NCBI GenBank assembly: GCA_964016885.1
Contig: OZ024746.1
Location: forward strand, 35,774,001 to 35,838,000
Length of the DNA stretch: 64,000 nucleotides
Direction of reading: 5' to 3'
Origin: Eledone cirrhosa
Taxonomy: Eukaryota
Below, piece by piece: positions 15,549 to 29,405 of this stretch. The first letter of the stretch is position 1, and each line of letters starts with the position of its first letter. The notes beneath the pieces are model-generated. The model had not been told where the DNA came from. It searched no databases and saw only the letters and a program-made list of their open reading frames with translations. The position numbers were made by a program, and so were the translations under genes.

Positions 15549-15805
15549 GTAGTCGGGGACTTTAGAAGCAGTTTAGGTATGATATATCTCATTACTAATT
15601 ATATCTAATGTTTCTTCTCTCTTCTGGCAGTATCGATAGAGGGTTGGATGCCATGTTTTCTAGCAGAGTTACGTCCCTTTACAGTCTGAGTTCAAATCCC
15701 GCTGAGGTTAACTTTGCCCTTCATCCTTACCGAGTCGATAAAACAAAAAGTACCAGTAATGTACTGGGTAATTGCCGGCCTTGTGCCTAAAGTAGAAACA
15801 ATTAT
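14992..15805. repeat. SINE plus 80-bp flank present three times: one minus copy (14992-15215) and two inverted copies (15326-15495, 15546-15805) separated by (TA)n
   Basis: cacgtagt(c/g)ggg(g/t)actttagaagcagtttaggtat recurs and is the reverse complement of 15180-15215. Confidence 0.85.
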
Positions 15806-15828
15806 ATATATATATATTGATATATATA

Positions 15829-15874
<46 letters not shown>

Positions 15875-16224
15875 TATATATTAATATATATATATATAAT
15901 TGGAAATCACTAAAATCGAATCTCTGGCGGTTTGCAAGTAAATTCGGCCTACTTATATGAAATGATGAGTTAGCAAAGCTCTCGATGAGATAGGTCTCAG
16001 AGTTATAACATACGATTAAATAGCTTGACAAATCGAACATTGTGGTAGGCGAAACTAACACATATTATATAGCAACGATAGAACTAATCAGGTTGAGAAG
16101 AATACACCTGGACAAATCAAACGGGCATACGTTTAAAGTGTTTCTCTGAATCCGAAATCAGATATCAGACTTACTTGAATGGCAAGATCGTGGTATTGGT
16201 GACTGAACTGGGGACTCAGTTAAG

Positions 16225-16304
<80 letters not shown>

Positions 16305-16819
16305 ATGCCTCCCTCTCAAATTCTATCTGCTTGCTAATTGGACATACTAAAACAATTAGACTGATTTCCAACTTATTTTATTTGGTATATTCACTTCAGT
16401 ATTATATTGTCATTTTCTTTCTGTTTCCACAATTAGTTATTACAATACGATTTATATTCTCCTGTACTCCATACCTTAATAAATATTACCATATCTATAT
16501 TACATTGCAAAACATAATACAATACTTCTTTTATGGCATTCGAACATTAACACCTGAACAATCTCGCTTTTCGAATTTACAGCATGCAGTCATTGCCCTT
16601 TGTGATAATACGTTTTCTCGTAAACAGTCGTTTTTAGCACGCATTACTTTTAACGCTATCTTATATTCTCGTATAACCGCATGAAGAGTGGTCACAGATC
16701 ATATCTATTTTTATTCTGGATATATTGGGCCATGAAACCTTGGATAGATCTTTTGATCCATATATGAACATAATGTATACATATGTGTTCGTCTTCTTGT
16801 ATATATATATATATATATA

Positions 16820-17425
16820 GTGGCTGCCAACTCGTTTTCGAGTACGGCCACTACTTTATATCCATGTAGGAGAACCCCTATCGATGCGCTGAACGAGTCT
16901 GACATTTAAGTCCAGCCAGCGACTTGAAAACTCTGCTACAAACACTACACTTGTGACAATTATTGACACATAGTGCTCGGCCCATGGTACCATGTGAGGA
17001 TAAGTGCAGAGAGATCTCCAGATATAAAGCAATGCCTGTGCCGTGAAGCTTTTATAGTGAGCAAAAGCACTGCGCAAAGCCAGTCCCACTCTCTTAACCA
17101 AGATGATATTTACCTAAAAGAAGGACAAGTCAACATCATTGGATACCATCAGGGTTGCAGGTTTTATATCAGAGTTTTCCGTCTCCTAGAATTCTGCCTT
17201 GACAAAGGCTAAGAGGTCATCTCTCCTGGTGATTTTGGATGGCCATTGACTTTTAGAGCTCCTTTGCCCTTTGACAGGTTTTGTTTTTAGTCCTGGAGGA
17301 TGTCCAAAGTCACCCTCCTCACCAAGAAACCTTGGTGGGGTTGCCAGTTTAGTAGCCAACGACCCAACCATGAGACAGGTTGTACTGGAGTACATGTTAC
17401 CAGTAGCACCAACTCGTGACCTGAC
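16820..17425 (-). mobile_element. Bipartite non-autonomous RTE-type retroposon, copy 1
   Basis: The minus strand has the RTE-like 5'UTR motif ctaggagacggaaaactctgatataaaacc. It is followed by a terminal Zn-finger remnant CSVCSRVFKSLAGLKCQTRSAH and a short tail ending in (TA)n. Confidence 0.65.
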
Positions 17426-17428
17426 ATA

Positions 17429-17460
<32 letters not shown>

Positions 17461-17467
17461 CATACTT

Positions 17468-17532
<65 letters not shown>

Positions 17533-17545
17533 CATACATATATAT

Positions 17546-18566
<1,021 letters not shown>

Positions 18567-18569
18567 CAT

Positions 18570-19046
18570 GCTCCCTCGTTCTCTCTGTTTCTCTTACTTT
18601 ATTTCGTCCCCTCTGCCATGTCAGTTAACTCTTTCTCTCTACTGACCTCTTCCTCGCACTCCCACTCACTCATTCCCTGTTTCTCCCCTTCTTTCTTCCT
18701 CCCGTTCGCTGGGAAAACCGATTTCATTCTTTCTAACACCGGATTCACTAGCGAAAGGTCTGTTTTCCGACTCGCTCATATATTCACACAGATTATGCTG
18801 AAAGAATAACTATGTTGCTTGTGTTTATTTCCATCTTCGGTTAGCTTCCCCTTGTGTTGTTTACTTGTCTCACTCGCTTTACGCGTTTCTATTGTCCTAA
18901 TAATCGCTCCTTATTATTGCTCCAACGTGAGGTATATGATTTTTAATGCGATGAAATACCCATGATCGTATGGTAAATCACTGAAGAGGGACTCATTTTA
19001 TAACATGTTATCTATGTGCAACCAGCAGTATTCTTCTCACCCATAT

Positions 19047-19050
<4 letters not shown>
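18570..19050 (+). mobile_element. Non-coding repeat family G (homologous to 42891-43700)
   Basis: Reverse complement of about 42891-43390 (actgacctcttcctc.cact, gatgaaatacc, actga.gaaggac). Confidence 0.7.
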
Positions 19051-19124
<74 letters not shown>

Positions 19125-19949
19125 ATACTTTGGGAGGGTCATGTTGCCAATAAGAAACACACGCACCAGTTGCTTTCACTTCAATTTATTATCATAAATT
19201 TATAAAAAATTTATAAATTTATAAATTTCTGGTTGGTTGGTTGGCTCCACAACCAGATAGTTGTTTATGTATTGTCATAGTTCTTTCGTCACACACTCTG
19301 TGACCTCTTCAGTGACGCGGGATTCCTTTCTTTGTTTCTGTGCCTCTCCTTTGCTCTGTCCTACGCCATTTTGTTTCTGTGTGTGTGTTGTGTGCTCAGT
19401 CTGCGCATGCGCCACATCCGGGTGTCTGTGTGCGTTTATGTTCATTTATTTAATTGTTTATTTACATGTTACTGGTTGGTTCTTTGTTCTTTGTGTGTGG
19501 ATTTTCATTTTGTCCTTAATTGTAAGTTGTGATGTTGCTGTCCCACTCATATTTTCTATTTAATTTTGGTTGTAATTCTTTTATGTTTATTGCCTCTGTA
19601 ATTTGTCTAAACATTGCGTCTTTTCTGTGTGTAGATTCTATTCTTATTTCTATGTTCTCTAATTTACCCTAGTGTTCTATTTTAGCATGTTGGTAGAGTA
19701 CAGATGATTCTTTACTATCTTGAAGGTCTCGCCAGTTTACATTTATCCGTTCCTCTACACTACGAGCTGTCTCACCTATGTACACTATATTTTTGTCTCT
19801 ACATTGTCCTTCGATACATCTTATGCTATACACTACATTTCTAGTTTTACAGTTAATATGGGGGCTTATTTTACAGGTTATACATTTCTTATCTATACAT
19901 GAGGGTCTTTGAAAAGGGTATGTCTTGCTAATGAGTGTTTTTACGGAGG

Positions 19950-21215
19950 AACATATGTTCAAATTTAATGGAAAAGCATATGCCCAAGAAGAAGGAGCAG
20001 CCATTGGTGTTTGCATTGCAGGCGACATAGCTAACTTATTCATGGTATGGTGGGACTGTAGACTTAAACTTAAACTTAAAGAACAATTAGAAGACCCCTT
20101 AACCCTGATAATGTACTCCCGCTACGTTGATGATATAAAAATCGTAGTTAAGACACCCCACTAGAGAACAGTCAGGAACTAGAGAAAAGCACAATGGAAA
20201 GCATCCAGCAAATAGCAAACTCCATCCACCAGAGCATTAGAGTTACTATAGACTACCCAAGTAAACACCCCAACCATCGATTACCTGTACTATACACAGA
20301 GCTCTGGTTAGATACCATTAATAATAAAAAAAACAAATCCTCCATTCCCATTATGCCAAACCCATGACTTCCAAACATCTGATCCACCGAAACTCGGCCG
20401 TTTCGGACCATACCAAAATCAACATACTGATTGCGGATTTGGTACGGGTGATGAGAAACGTGTCCCGCATATGCAACCCCGAAGAACTAGAGAGACACAT
20501 ACAACATTTCATCCACCGTATGCAGTTCTCAGGCTACAATCAGAGTGTATAGAGGAGCCAGAACCAAATGGGAAAAATTGGTAAATAATGACATAAATGG
20601 GACCTGCCCCTTGTAAAGGAGCAAATTTTGGAATAGAATAGAAAGTACTAAGAACAAGGCTAATAGAATAAACTCATGGTATGATAGCAATAAATACCAG
20701 AGTGTAATGTTCATCGATACAACCCCTAGAGGTGAATTAGCTTACACATTTAGAAGGGCCCTAAATAAACATAAACTCAATATTAAGATAGTAGAAAGAC
20801 CAGGTACCTCCGTAAAAACACTCATTAGCAAGACATGCCCTTTTCAAAGACCCTCATGTATAGATGAGAAATATATAACCTGTAAAATAAGCCCCCATAT
20901 TAACTGTAAAACTAGAAATGTAGTGTATAGCATAAGATGTACCCAAGGACAATGTAGAAACAAAAATATAGTGTACATAGGTGAGACAGCTCGTAGTGTA
21001 GGGGAACGGATAAATGAACACTGGCGAGACCTTCAAGATAGTAACGAATCATCTGTACTCTACCAACATGCTAAAATAGAACACTAGGGTAAATTAGAGT
21101 CATAATAATAAAAATAGAATCTACACACAGAAAAGACGCAATGTTTAGACAAATTACAGAGGCAATAAACATAAAATAATTACAACCAAAATTAAATAGA
21201 AAATATGAGTGGAAC
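19950..21215 (+). pseudogene. PLE RT (partial), Cys-rich linker and GIY-YIG endonuclease with stops
   Basis: FKFNGKAYAQEEGAAIG..IANLFMVWWD..YSRYVDD; KPMTSKHLIHRNSA; HRMQFSGY; CxxxxCxxC..NCKTRNVVYSIRC..C..YIGETARSVGERINEH..HAKIEH. Confidence 0.9.
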
Positions 21216-21423
21216 AGCAACATCACAAAATGAAAACCCACACACACATAGAACAAACAACCAACCAGTAACATGTAATTAAACAAATAAATAAATGAAC
21301 ATAAACACACACAGACACCCGGAAGTGGCGTATGCGCAGACTGAGCACACAACACACACACAAAAACAAAATGGCGTAGGACAGAACAAAGGAGAGGCAC
21401 AGAAACAAAGAAAGGAATCTCCA

Positions 21424-21466
21424 GTCACTGAAGAGGTCAGAGAGTGTGCGACGAAAGAACTATGAC
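21424..21466 (+). ncRNA. Minimal type I hammerhead in the Neptune-like pLTR (copies 19274-19316 -, 53854-53896 -, 61542-61584 -, 62417-62458 +)
   Basis: gtca CTGAAGA g gtcaca gagtg tgtgac GAAA gaac TA tgac (best-preserved copies). Confidence 0.8.
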
Positions 21467-21689
21467 AATATATAAACAACTATCTGGTTGTGGAACGAAC
21501 CAACCAGAAATTTATAAATTTATAAATTTATTATAAATTTATGATAATAAATTGAAGTGAAAGCAACTGGTGCGTGTGTTTCTTATTGGCAACATGACCC
21601 TCCCAAAGTATAACAATATCGGTTTCAACACACGATTTCAGATAAAGTATCTTGCTAAACAAATTCAGAAAGAAATATATATATATATG

Positions 21690-22015
21690 TAAATATCTTT
21701 AAGTCGTTTGGAAGCCTCGACAATGCAAATGGGTAAATCTCCGGGTAACAAGGTCCGGTGGTGGAGAGAGAGATGTAAGTGGGTGTACGTTGATATGCGT
21801 GGTGTGTATAAGATGTGTGAGATGTGTAGAATGAAGGGAAGGGTATAAAGGATGAAATAAAATTACAACACAAGAGAGAGTTACCTTGGGAGAGATTTAA
21901 TAGTCCCTATATATTTCGGATTCACATCCATCAACTGGGGTTTTTTCCGGGGCGGGGGAAAAGGTTGTCTGTCGGACAAGTCCGGAACGCGTCCCTCGCT
22001 GTTTGTTGTTTTGAA
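21690..22015 (-). mobile_element. About 330-bp appended segment also linked to the 61-kb copy (60945-61279)
   Basis: Reverse complement of 60945-61279, joined to the same pLTR end through a short (TA)n. Confidence 0.8.
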
Positions 22016-22042
22016 ATATATATATATATATATATATATATG

Positions 22043-22648
22043 GTGGATGCCAACTCGTTTTCGAGTACGGCCACTACTTTATATCCATGTAGGAGAACCC
22101 CTACCGATGCGCTGAACGAGTCTGACTTTTTAGTCCAGCCAGCGACTTGAAAACTCTGGTACAAACACTACACCAGCGACAATTATTGACACACAGTGCT
22201 CGGCCCATGGTACCATGTTACGACAAGTGCAGAGAGATCTCCAGATATAAAGCAATGCCTGTGCCGTGAAGCTTTTATAGTGAGCAAAGGCACTGCACGA
22301 AGCCAGTCCCACTCTCTTAACCAAGATGATATTTACCAAAAAGAAGAAGAAGTCAACATCATTGGATACCATCAGGGTTGCAGGTGTTATATCAGAGTTT
22401 TCCTTCTCCTAGAATTCTGCCTTGATAAAGGCTAAGGGGTTATCTCTCCCGGTGATTTTGGATGGCCATTGACTCTTAAGAGCTCCTTTGCCCTTTGACA
22501 GGTTTTGTTTTTAGTCCTGCAGGATGTCCAAAGTCACCCTCCTCACCAAGAAACCTTGGTGGGGTTACCAGTTTAGTCGCCAACGACCCGACCATGGACA
22601 GGTTGTCCTGGAATACATGTTACCAGTAGCACCAACTAGTGACCTGAC
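22043..22648 (-). mobile_element. Bipartite non-autonomous RTE-type retroposon, copy 2
   Basis: Colinear with 16820-17425 over about 605 bp with the same ends. Confidence 0.7.
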
Positions 22649-22822
22649 ACTATATATATATATATACATGTATATATACATACATATATATATCATCCAC
22701 TACCACCAACCTTAAGGATATACTGCCCCTTTCCATTCTTAACAATGGTCAATTTCAACCTGGTTATAAAACCTTACTTATTCATGTGTATATTTGTTTG
22801 TATTATTCACTAAACAAAACTC

Positions 22823-22959
22823 ATTATTTCTGAAGACAGCGGGTAGTAAAGACGTATGTATTTTTTTCTTACTATGATATTTTGTAATATGTTTTACAAA
22901 GATAAATAATTGAATGAACATACAGGGAACTACCCCCCCAGAAACGATCGTAAAATAAT
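22823..22959 (+). ncRNA. Type I hammerhead with about 100-nt stem II
   Basis: attattt CTGAAGA ..gggtagt...actaccc.. GAAA cgatcg TA aaataat. Confidence 0.78.
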
Positions 22960-23027
22960 CGTAAAATAATCTATGGATTAACAGTGTTTTGTGTTTAATT
23001 TCATTGTTTAAATATTTCTACACATAT

Positions 23028-23064
<37 letters not shown>

Positions 23065-23202
23065 CGGGATAACAAATTATTGTTATAGGTTTTCCACTTA
23101 TATATACATATTTCACTTTTACGACCTTTCATACCTTTATTTGCTGGCAGGAGGTCATATATTTTGTCGTTCCTGGGACGTTTAGCCCTAGGAAAGGAAA
23201 AT

Positions 23203-23285
23203 GCTTCTCTGATGAGCTTTGGTTTTTCATCATAAATCCATCGGATTTATGAGGTTTTACAAAGCGAAACTGATCAATAAGGGCC
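23203..23285 (+). ncRNA. Type I hammerhead with extended stem II
   Basis: CTGATGA gctttg..tcataaatcc atc ggatttatga..caaagc GAAA ctgatcaa TA agggc. Confidence 0.7.
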
Positions 23286-23366
23286 ACTAGGAGAGGTAGA
23301 TATTTATATGATTTTTTTAATGTACTCTAAAGAATTGATTGAATGTTACTTGTTCTGCTTATCCTA

Positions 23367-23510
<144 letters not shown>

Positions 23511-23559
23511 GTGTGTGTGTGTGTGTGTACAATCAAACAAACAACAGGCCTGTCAATGT

Positions 23560-24260
23560 GATTCAGTCTTCCAGGCCTGCTGGCCATCACCTATATGAAC
23601 CACTTGGTTCGATGACCGCCAAACACCCACCATTCCTGTGTCTTCTTTACACGAGACATAGATGATATACTCATCCTCACATGATCTCGTGATGAGAACG
23701 ACATTATATCCATCCACGTCGTTTTCAAACATAGATAACAACATAATTTTCACTGTAGGACACACCGTTAAAAATGGTTGACTTCCCCTTCTTGATTTCC
23801 AATTATGAATAAGATTTGAAATGAAATTATGTATATCACTCATACGGCAAACTTCATGGATTTACTTAAGACGAACGGTTACCTAACACTCAGAGAATTG
23901 TCTTAGGAATCGAAGGTGTCCCAGTCATAAGAACCTCCTCCAAAACTCGTTTCAAGAAAGCATCATACTTTTGAGAAAACATATCAACAACAATCTGCAG
24001 AACCATCCACAAGAAAGGGATGGATGTATGTACAATTATCACACTCCTTCCCTTTATTCTGAAGGCACCTATGTAAAAAGCTATCCAGTGACAACCGCAG
24101 CCAATGCACGCTGAGTAACTGACTTATCTGCGACTCAGGCATGTACCAGCTGACACGTACCCGATTGAATGTGACAAATGTAAGAATATGTACATTGGTA
24201 GTACGACTCGAACACTCCACACTCTCATTAAAGAACATCTAAATAGACACGCATTATTCA
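23560..24260 (+). pseudogene. Old Penelope/Poseidon-type PLE remnant (RT + GIY-YIG)
   Basis: [10 protein letters not shown]; [11 protein letters not shown]; NIIFTV..LPLLD; YPIECDKCKNMYIGSTTRTLHTLIKEHL. Confidence 0.75.
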
Positions 24261-24736
24261 AAATATACTGGATACATACTCAAAATCGTGTTTGCTGCAA
24301 TATGGAATAGAATCAACTATATAAGTTTATTCCTTATAATACAAAATTATTGGTGATTACATTCACTTCAGAGTCAAAAATGGAGAAGAGATATGTTGCT
24401 TGACCATCCCTTAATATTATTTAGAATACCCATGCATCGCATCTAGTGAAATATTGATCCATCTCTTTTCTAAATGCCATTTAGTTTAATCGTCTTTCGT
24501 AATGCACCTAATATTCGGTCCTAGAATCATGTGAATTAGATAACGTCGAGGCATTATTATTGTAAATGCAATTATTATAAACACATATTTGCAACACAAT
24601 GTATTTCGAGACACACAAACGCACACACTTGCACATACATATACAGATAATATGTGTATATATATGTACATACATACATACATACACATATATAAATATG
24701 TGTGTGTGTGTGTGTATTTGTGTGCGTCTGTGTTTG

Positions 24737-24821
<85 letters not shown>

Positions 24822-25639
24822 CTGTATGTATGTATATATATATTATTCATTTGTGTTTACGTATTTGCAATCTTATATATAATATCATTTCATGGCTATG
24901 TTCGATATCTTTAGAATCAATCCCATAATTCTTTGCATATCCTTCATACATATCAGAAAATTTGAAATAGGGATATGAATGATGAAGAACAAAGAAAAAC
25001 CGAGAGGTGTTTCTCAACACGTCCCATATAATATTATATATTCACCACCTACTTCCTTCACAGCTTTCTCTTCTCTCTTGGGGAAAAGCTTGGATTTCAT
25101 TAATATTGTTATCTAGTATAAATGAACGAATTCTATTAATATCCTAGATAACGTATCGCCAGCATAATAGAACAGAATAATGGAATTTCGCATATAAACG
25201 AACTAATGACAAAGATGGCTTCTTAGCTTTCGTTTTACAAATACATAATGACATTTACTCAGGCATTCGTACATCCGTTTAATGTGTTTTTATAGATGAT
25301 ACTACTATCTCGTCTACTACTACTATTGCTACTACTTATGGTGGCGTTGTTTTGGCTATTCAAATGTATATATATACTATTGTAGATCACTCCCTCAGAG
25401 ATGCATATATACACAAGAATAGAAACAAATGTACACCCATCACAAGAACACCAATATACTCACATATACACACACAGATAACACACACACACACTCCTAC
25501 AAAATAACTAAAGATTAAACCTGAGCTAAGAAAGAAAAAAAACACACCACACAAAGTACGACTACACACACTTGAAGAATAACCACAACAATAAAATGAG
25601 TTTGTACCAGAGATCAACGGAGATCTTACGTTATACAGT

Positions 25640-25786
25640 ATCAGCAGCATGATACTGTATATATATATATGTATACCAGAATGATATATATATATATAAC
25701 GAAGGAAGTGTGGTAAGAAACCAGATGGACCATAACGCAACACAGTAGTCAATACATAGGGTAGTAGAGTGGGTAATAGGAACGTT

Positions 25787-25790
<4 letters not shown>
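25640..25790 (-). repeat. Fragment of the family at 41889-42083
   Basis: aacgaagga..gtggtaag.aacc...gtagagtgggtaataggaac is the reverse complement of 42005-42083. Confidence 0.65.
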
Positions 25791-25869
<79 letters not shown>

Positions 25870-25873
<4 letters not shown>

Positions 25874-26982
25874 ATAATAATAAAATTGAAGACTGAAATC
25901 CAAAGAGGGCTATTTTACGTCTTGATGTGGGAGCTAAGTATATGTTTTGTTTATTCCTTTACTTATTTGCATAGGTAAGTATATATTACCCGTATGTTTT
26001 GTGAAGGTATGTATACCTTCTCGTACGTATATTTGACCGTTATAGCGTATAATTTTTACATATCCTGGTATTTAGGGTTTGGCTATGTGTATACGGGAGT
26101 TTTGCCTCCGCGTGAGTGTGCAGGTTCGTACGTATGGTGGGTGTGTGAATATGGGTACTTCTTGTTTTAGTTGACTTACGTCTCCGAACATTCGTGTATT
26201 TATATGTAGGTATGCGTGTGCGCTTGTTATATATGTATTTATTTACTTATATACGTTTATATAATTATTTATATATTTGTACACAAGCAAACACACACAT
26301 ATTTATATGTGCGTGGTTTTGTATACCCATGGTAAGGTTTTGCGTATGCTTGTATATGTACGTATCTGCTTGCGTGTATGTATTTATTTGTTTCTATTAC
26401 TTCTGTATTGTATTTATTTACTTTGTTCTTAACTCTGTAGCGGAGATTCATTTGGTCTCCTAGTTAGAATTTTAGTCTACGATTTCTGCTATACCATTTA
26501 CGTGGTTTTGTCTTTGCGTGCTATTGTTCTCCACGCTCCACATATGACGTATTATCTTCGTTTTTTTCGTTCATTGCCAGAGAACGTCTCTATGCACCAC
26601 CTAAGAGAACATTAGTCTACGACCTCTTTTATACCATAAACGTGGTTCTGTCTTTGCGCGTAATTGTTTTTCACCGCTCCTATTAATGACGTTTTATATT
26701 CGTTTTTTTCCCGTTCTTAGCCAGCGAACGTTTCCACGAACCAAAGTATCGTCTTCCTGTCTTCCTCCGGTTGCAACGTTTTTTGAAATATCCAGTTCTG
26801 CGTTTACAGATTGACTTTGTTAGTTTCAGAAGATCCCGTTAAGGGTGAAAGCAGCGATTCTTTGCTTAAACTTTAATCTGTTATTTTATTAAATATTTGT
26901 CTACGGTTCTTATATATTTGATATATAATTATCCTTATCGAGCGCTCTTTGGATTTTAGTCTTCAAATTTATTATTATTACT
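25870..26982 (+). mobile_element. Non-coding pLTR-only derivative of the Hydra-like PLE
   Basis: Homologous to 11640-12460. It has a 40-bp inverted copy of its 3' end at 25871-25911, an internal ~140-bp duplication, and (TA)n on both sides. Confidence 0.8.
26807..26880 (+). ncRNA. Hammerhead with CAGAAGA core and bipartite stem I
   Basis: cagattga..agttt CAGAAGA tccc gttaa gggt GAAA gca gcgattctt tgc TT aaact t taatctg. Confidence 0.65.
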
Positions 26983-27435
26983 ATATATATATATTTATAT
27001 ATATAAATATATATATATATATACAAGTTAATATAAATTAATATATGATAAACACTAATACAATCATATAAGTGTTTGTATTGCAAATGACCAAGTTAGC
27101 TAGATTGAAAAATATTAATTAGATTAATACAGTTTGCCTGTCTCGATTTAAAATAATAAAACAAACCCATGTTGGCAATAGCTGTGATTCCTGGACAAAT
27201 TTAAATTTCAAAACTCAAACCTGTTCCGTAGATAGGTTTAAATTTCAAAACCCAAATAAGTTTCGCAACGATAAGTGAGAGAGTGAAAGATTCCATTTAC
27301 TGTTCTCATCGGCAGGTATCCAGAAAAGTTGGTGTGTTTCACCTCGAAATACTTAGGAGGACTGATAGGCAAGTGTTAACGCACATGGTTTTTCAGTTCA
27401 TAGCTATCCCCATACTCGTGCTGCTAAAAATAACA

Positions 27436-27509
<74 letters not shown>

Positions 27510-27513
<4 letters not shown>

Positions 27514-27730
27514 GGAAAGTTATATTTAAATTGTTGGTTTACAACTAGTAAATATTTATAACTGATATAAAAGCACTCAACAAGTATTTGGAGTATATTT
27601 ACGATATTAAATAAATGGAAACTATATTTATAAAACCATATTTATTTCATTATATATATTTCAGGGATATCATATTAACAATATGTTATGCATTCTTCAG
27701 ACAAAATACAATATAGACAGTTTTATAGAT
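27510..27730 (-). mobile_element. HHR-bearing repeat fragment (family of 30443-30870, 31095-31320 and 42530-42810)
   Basis: Minus strand ttttgt CTGAAGA...GAAA tata TA taat (27649-27706); downstream homology to 42660-42810. Confidence 0.65.
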
Positions 27731-28223
27731 AAATATATTTGACATACCGTTCAACATCGACTTGTATTTGAAAAAGTTGATTTGGCAGTGAAAAATTGTA
27801 AACAGAAAGAAAGAAAGAAAGAAGGAAAGAATATATATATTGGTGTGTGTAAGTATGTGCACGCGTGTGTGTATGCATGTGTATATATGTATCCCTTTAA
27901 TATCTCTAAGCAGTCAAGCTTGTTATTCTGGTGTTTCACTTCATTTTTTAATTTAATTATCGGTAGACCTAAGACAGCGCTTAGTGATAATATAGGTGCT
28001 TATGAAAGCATATATAAATATATACTAGACGTTTCTATAAAATAGATGTATTAGTAGACTCGCTGCCGAAGAAATATATTTTTTGTAATGAAACAAACGA
28101 AACAGAAATAGAAATTCTCTATTTTCCTCTTTGAATATATGACAGAGTTGCCAGTATTGACGAATGTTTGAAACGAGTATATTTATGGTTCCACAAAACA
28201 TAGCGGGGGGGGGGGGGGGGGGG

Positions 28224-28920
28224 GGGGGCTAACATTAGGTATGTGTGACGACGTTCTTGGAGAGACTCTCCGAGTCGAAAAGAAAGAAATAGTCTGTCTG
28301 TTCCGGGGGAGTTTTTGTTCTGAGCCTATTTAACATTTTGAATAATCCCTAGATTGGAAGTGCTAACAGGGAAGAAGAATTAAACCAGATTTCAGACAAA
28401 ATTTATAGGCTGAGAAGTGTTGTTAGACAGACCGGTACAAGATGCAGGCAGAGCCACGAATCAATTCTGAACGCAATCTTCCAGTGTCCAGACATTGCTG
28501 ACGAACATCTATAGCCGGGTATAGGTCGTATCCGTTTAACAACCGGCTTTATCTTGTTTGTCACCTTGTCGCCTTCTTATGTTCATGGAGTTTCCTTGTG
28601 TTTGGTGACTAGCGAAAGAGGTTATGTGGTGTACGTGACTGAAATGACTTAAGACAGACACCATCTCTTCAGTAAATACTTCATCAACTGAAAATGGAAG
28701 TTAAGGGTAGAGCGGGATGTGCTGCTCTCCTGCCAGAACATTTCTTAAAAGGTGGGGAATGTACCAAGAATGGCCCGACATAATTGGCCTGTTCTGAGCA
28801 GCTGCCTGCATTCTGGAAAGTTGGGAGATGAAGGAGCACCTTCCTAGGGCGATGTTGGTTATTTGAAGTTATCAGATCAATTAGATTCCTAAACACGCCT
28901 ATATTACCCATTACTGAACA
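28224..28920. mobile_element. Possible solo LTR
   Basis: GC-richer 700-bp island bounded by TG...CA with an imperfect atgt(g/t) flank duplication; no second copy in the window. Confidence 0.3.
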
Positions 28921-29234
28921 ATGTTGTTGTTTTAATTCATTATAATTGTGTCACTTGCTTTCTGTTTAAACACAATTAATCTATTGTCCCTTGCCAATAA
29001 ATAATGATAATTACAATTATTATTTTTTTATTCCTCTTATTATTATTATTTTTATATCATCGCAGTTGTGACACATTTACAACATTATTGAGCGTCACTC
29101 AACATAAAGTTTAATGGTGACATATACGGGACATAACAGTTTGATAGCATGGCTCTGGGCATTGAATTGCGAGCTCTGTGTCTTAATTTTTATTCTTCCC
29201 TATCTCTTGCCCCATATATAATACTTATATGATT

Positions 29235-29405
29235 TTAGGCACAAGCCCAACAATTTCTGGGAGAGGCGAGAATTTGATAAACTGATCCCCATTGCGTTAT
29301 TGGTAATTTATTTTATCGACCTCGCAATGATGAACATCTGCGGGGTTTAAAGGGCCGTAAGTCTACGCATAGAATGTGTCCGACGCTCTACTAATTCTGC
29401 CAATC
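29235..29405 (-). mobile_element. Diverged SINE of the same family
   Basis: ttttatcgacc..gatgaa and tccgacgctcta..ctgccaatcc blocks. Confidence 0.65.

Larger units (their letters stand above)
19118..21675 (+). mobile_element. Penelope-like retroelement, Neptune-like, 5'-truncated with an inverted copy of its 3' part
   Basis: Left arm 19118-19949 is the reverse complement of 20808-21620. The centre encodes the RT C-terminal half; the element is flanked by (TA)n. Confidence 0.9.

Noticed and set aside
16676-16750. ATGAAGA gtggtc..ggccat GAAA ccttgg as a hammerhead
   Set aside because: C3 and U16.1 are missing and stem I is unclear.
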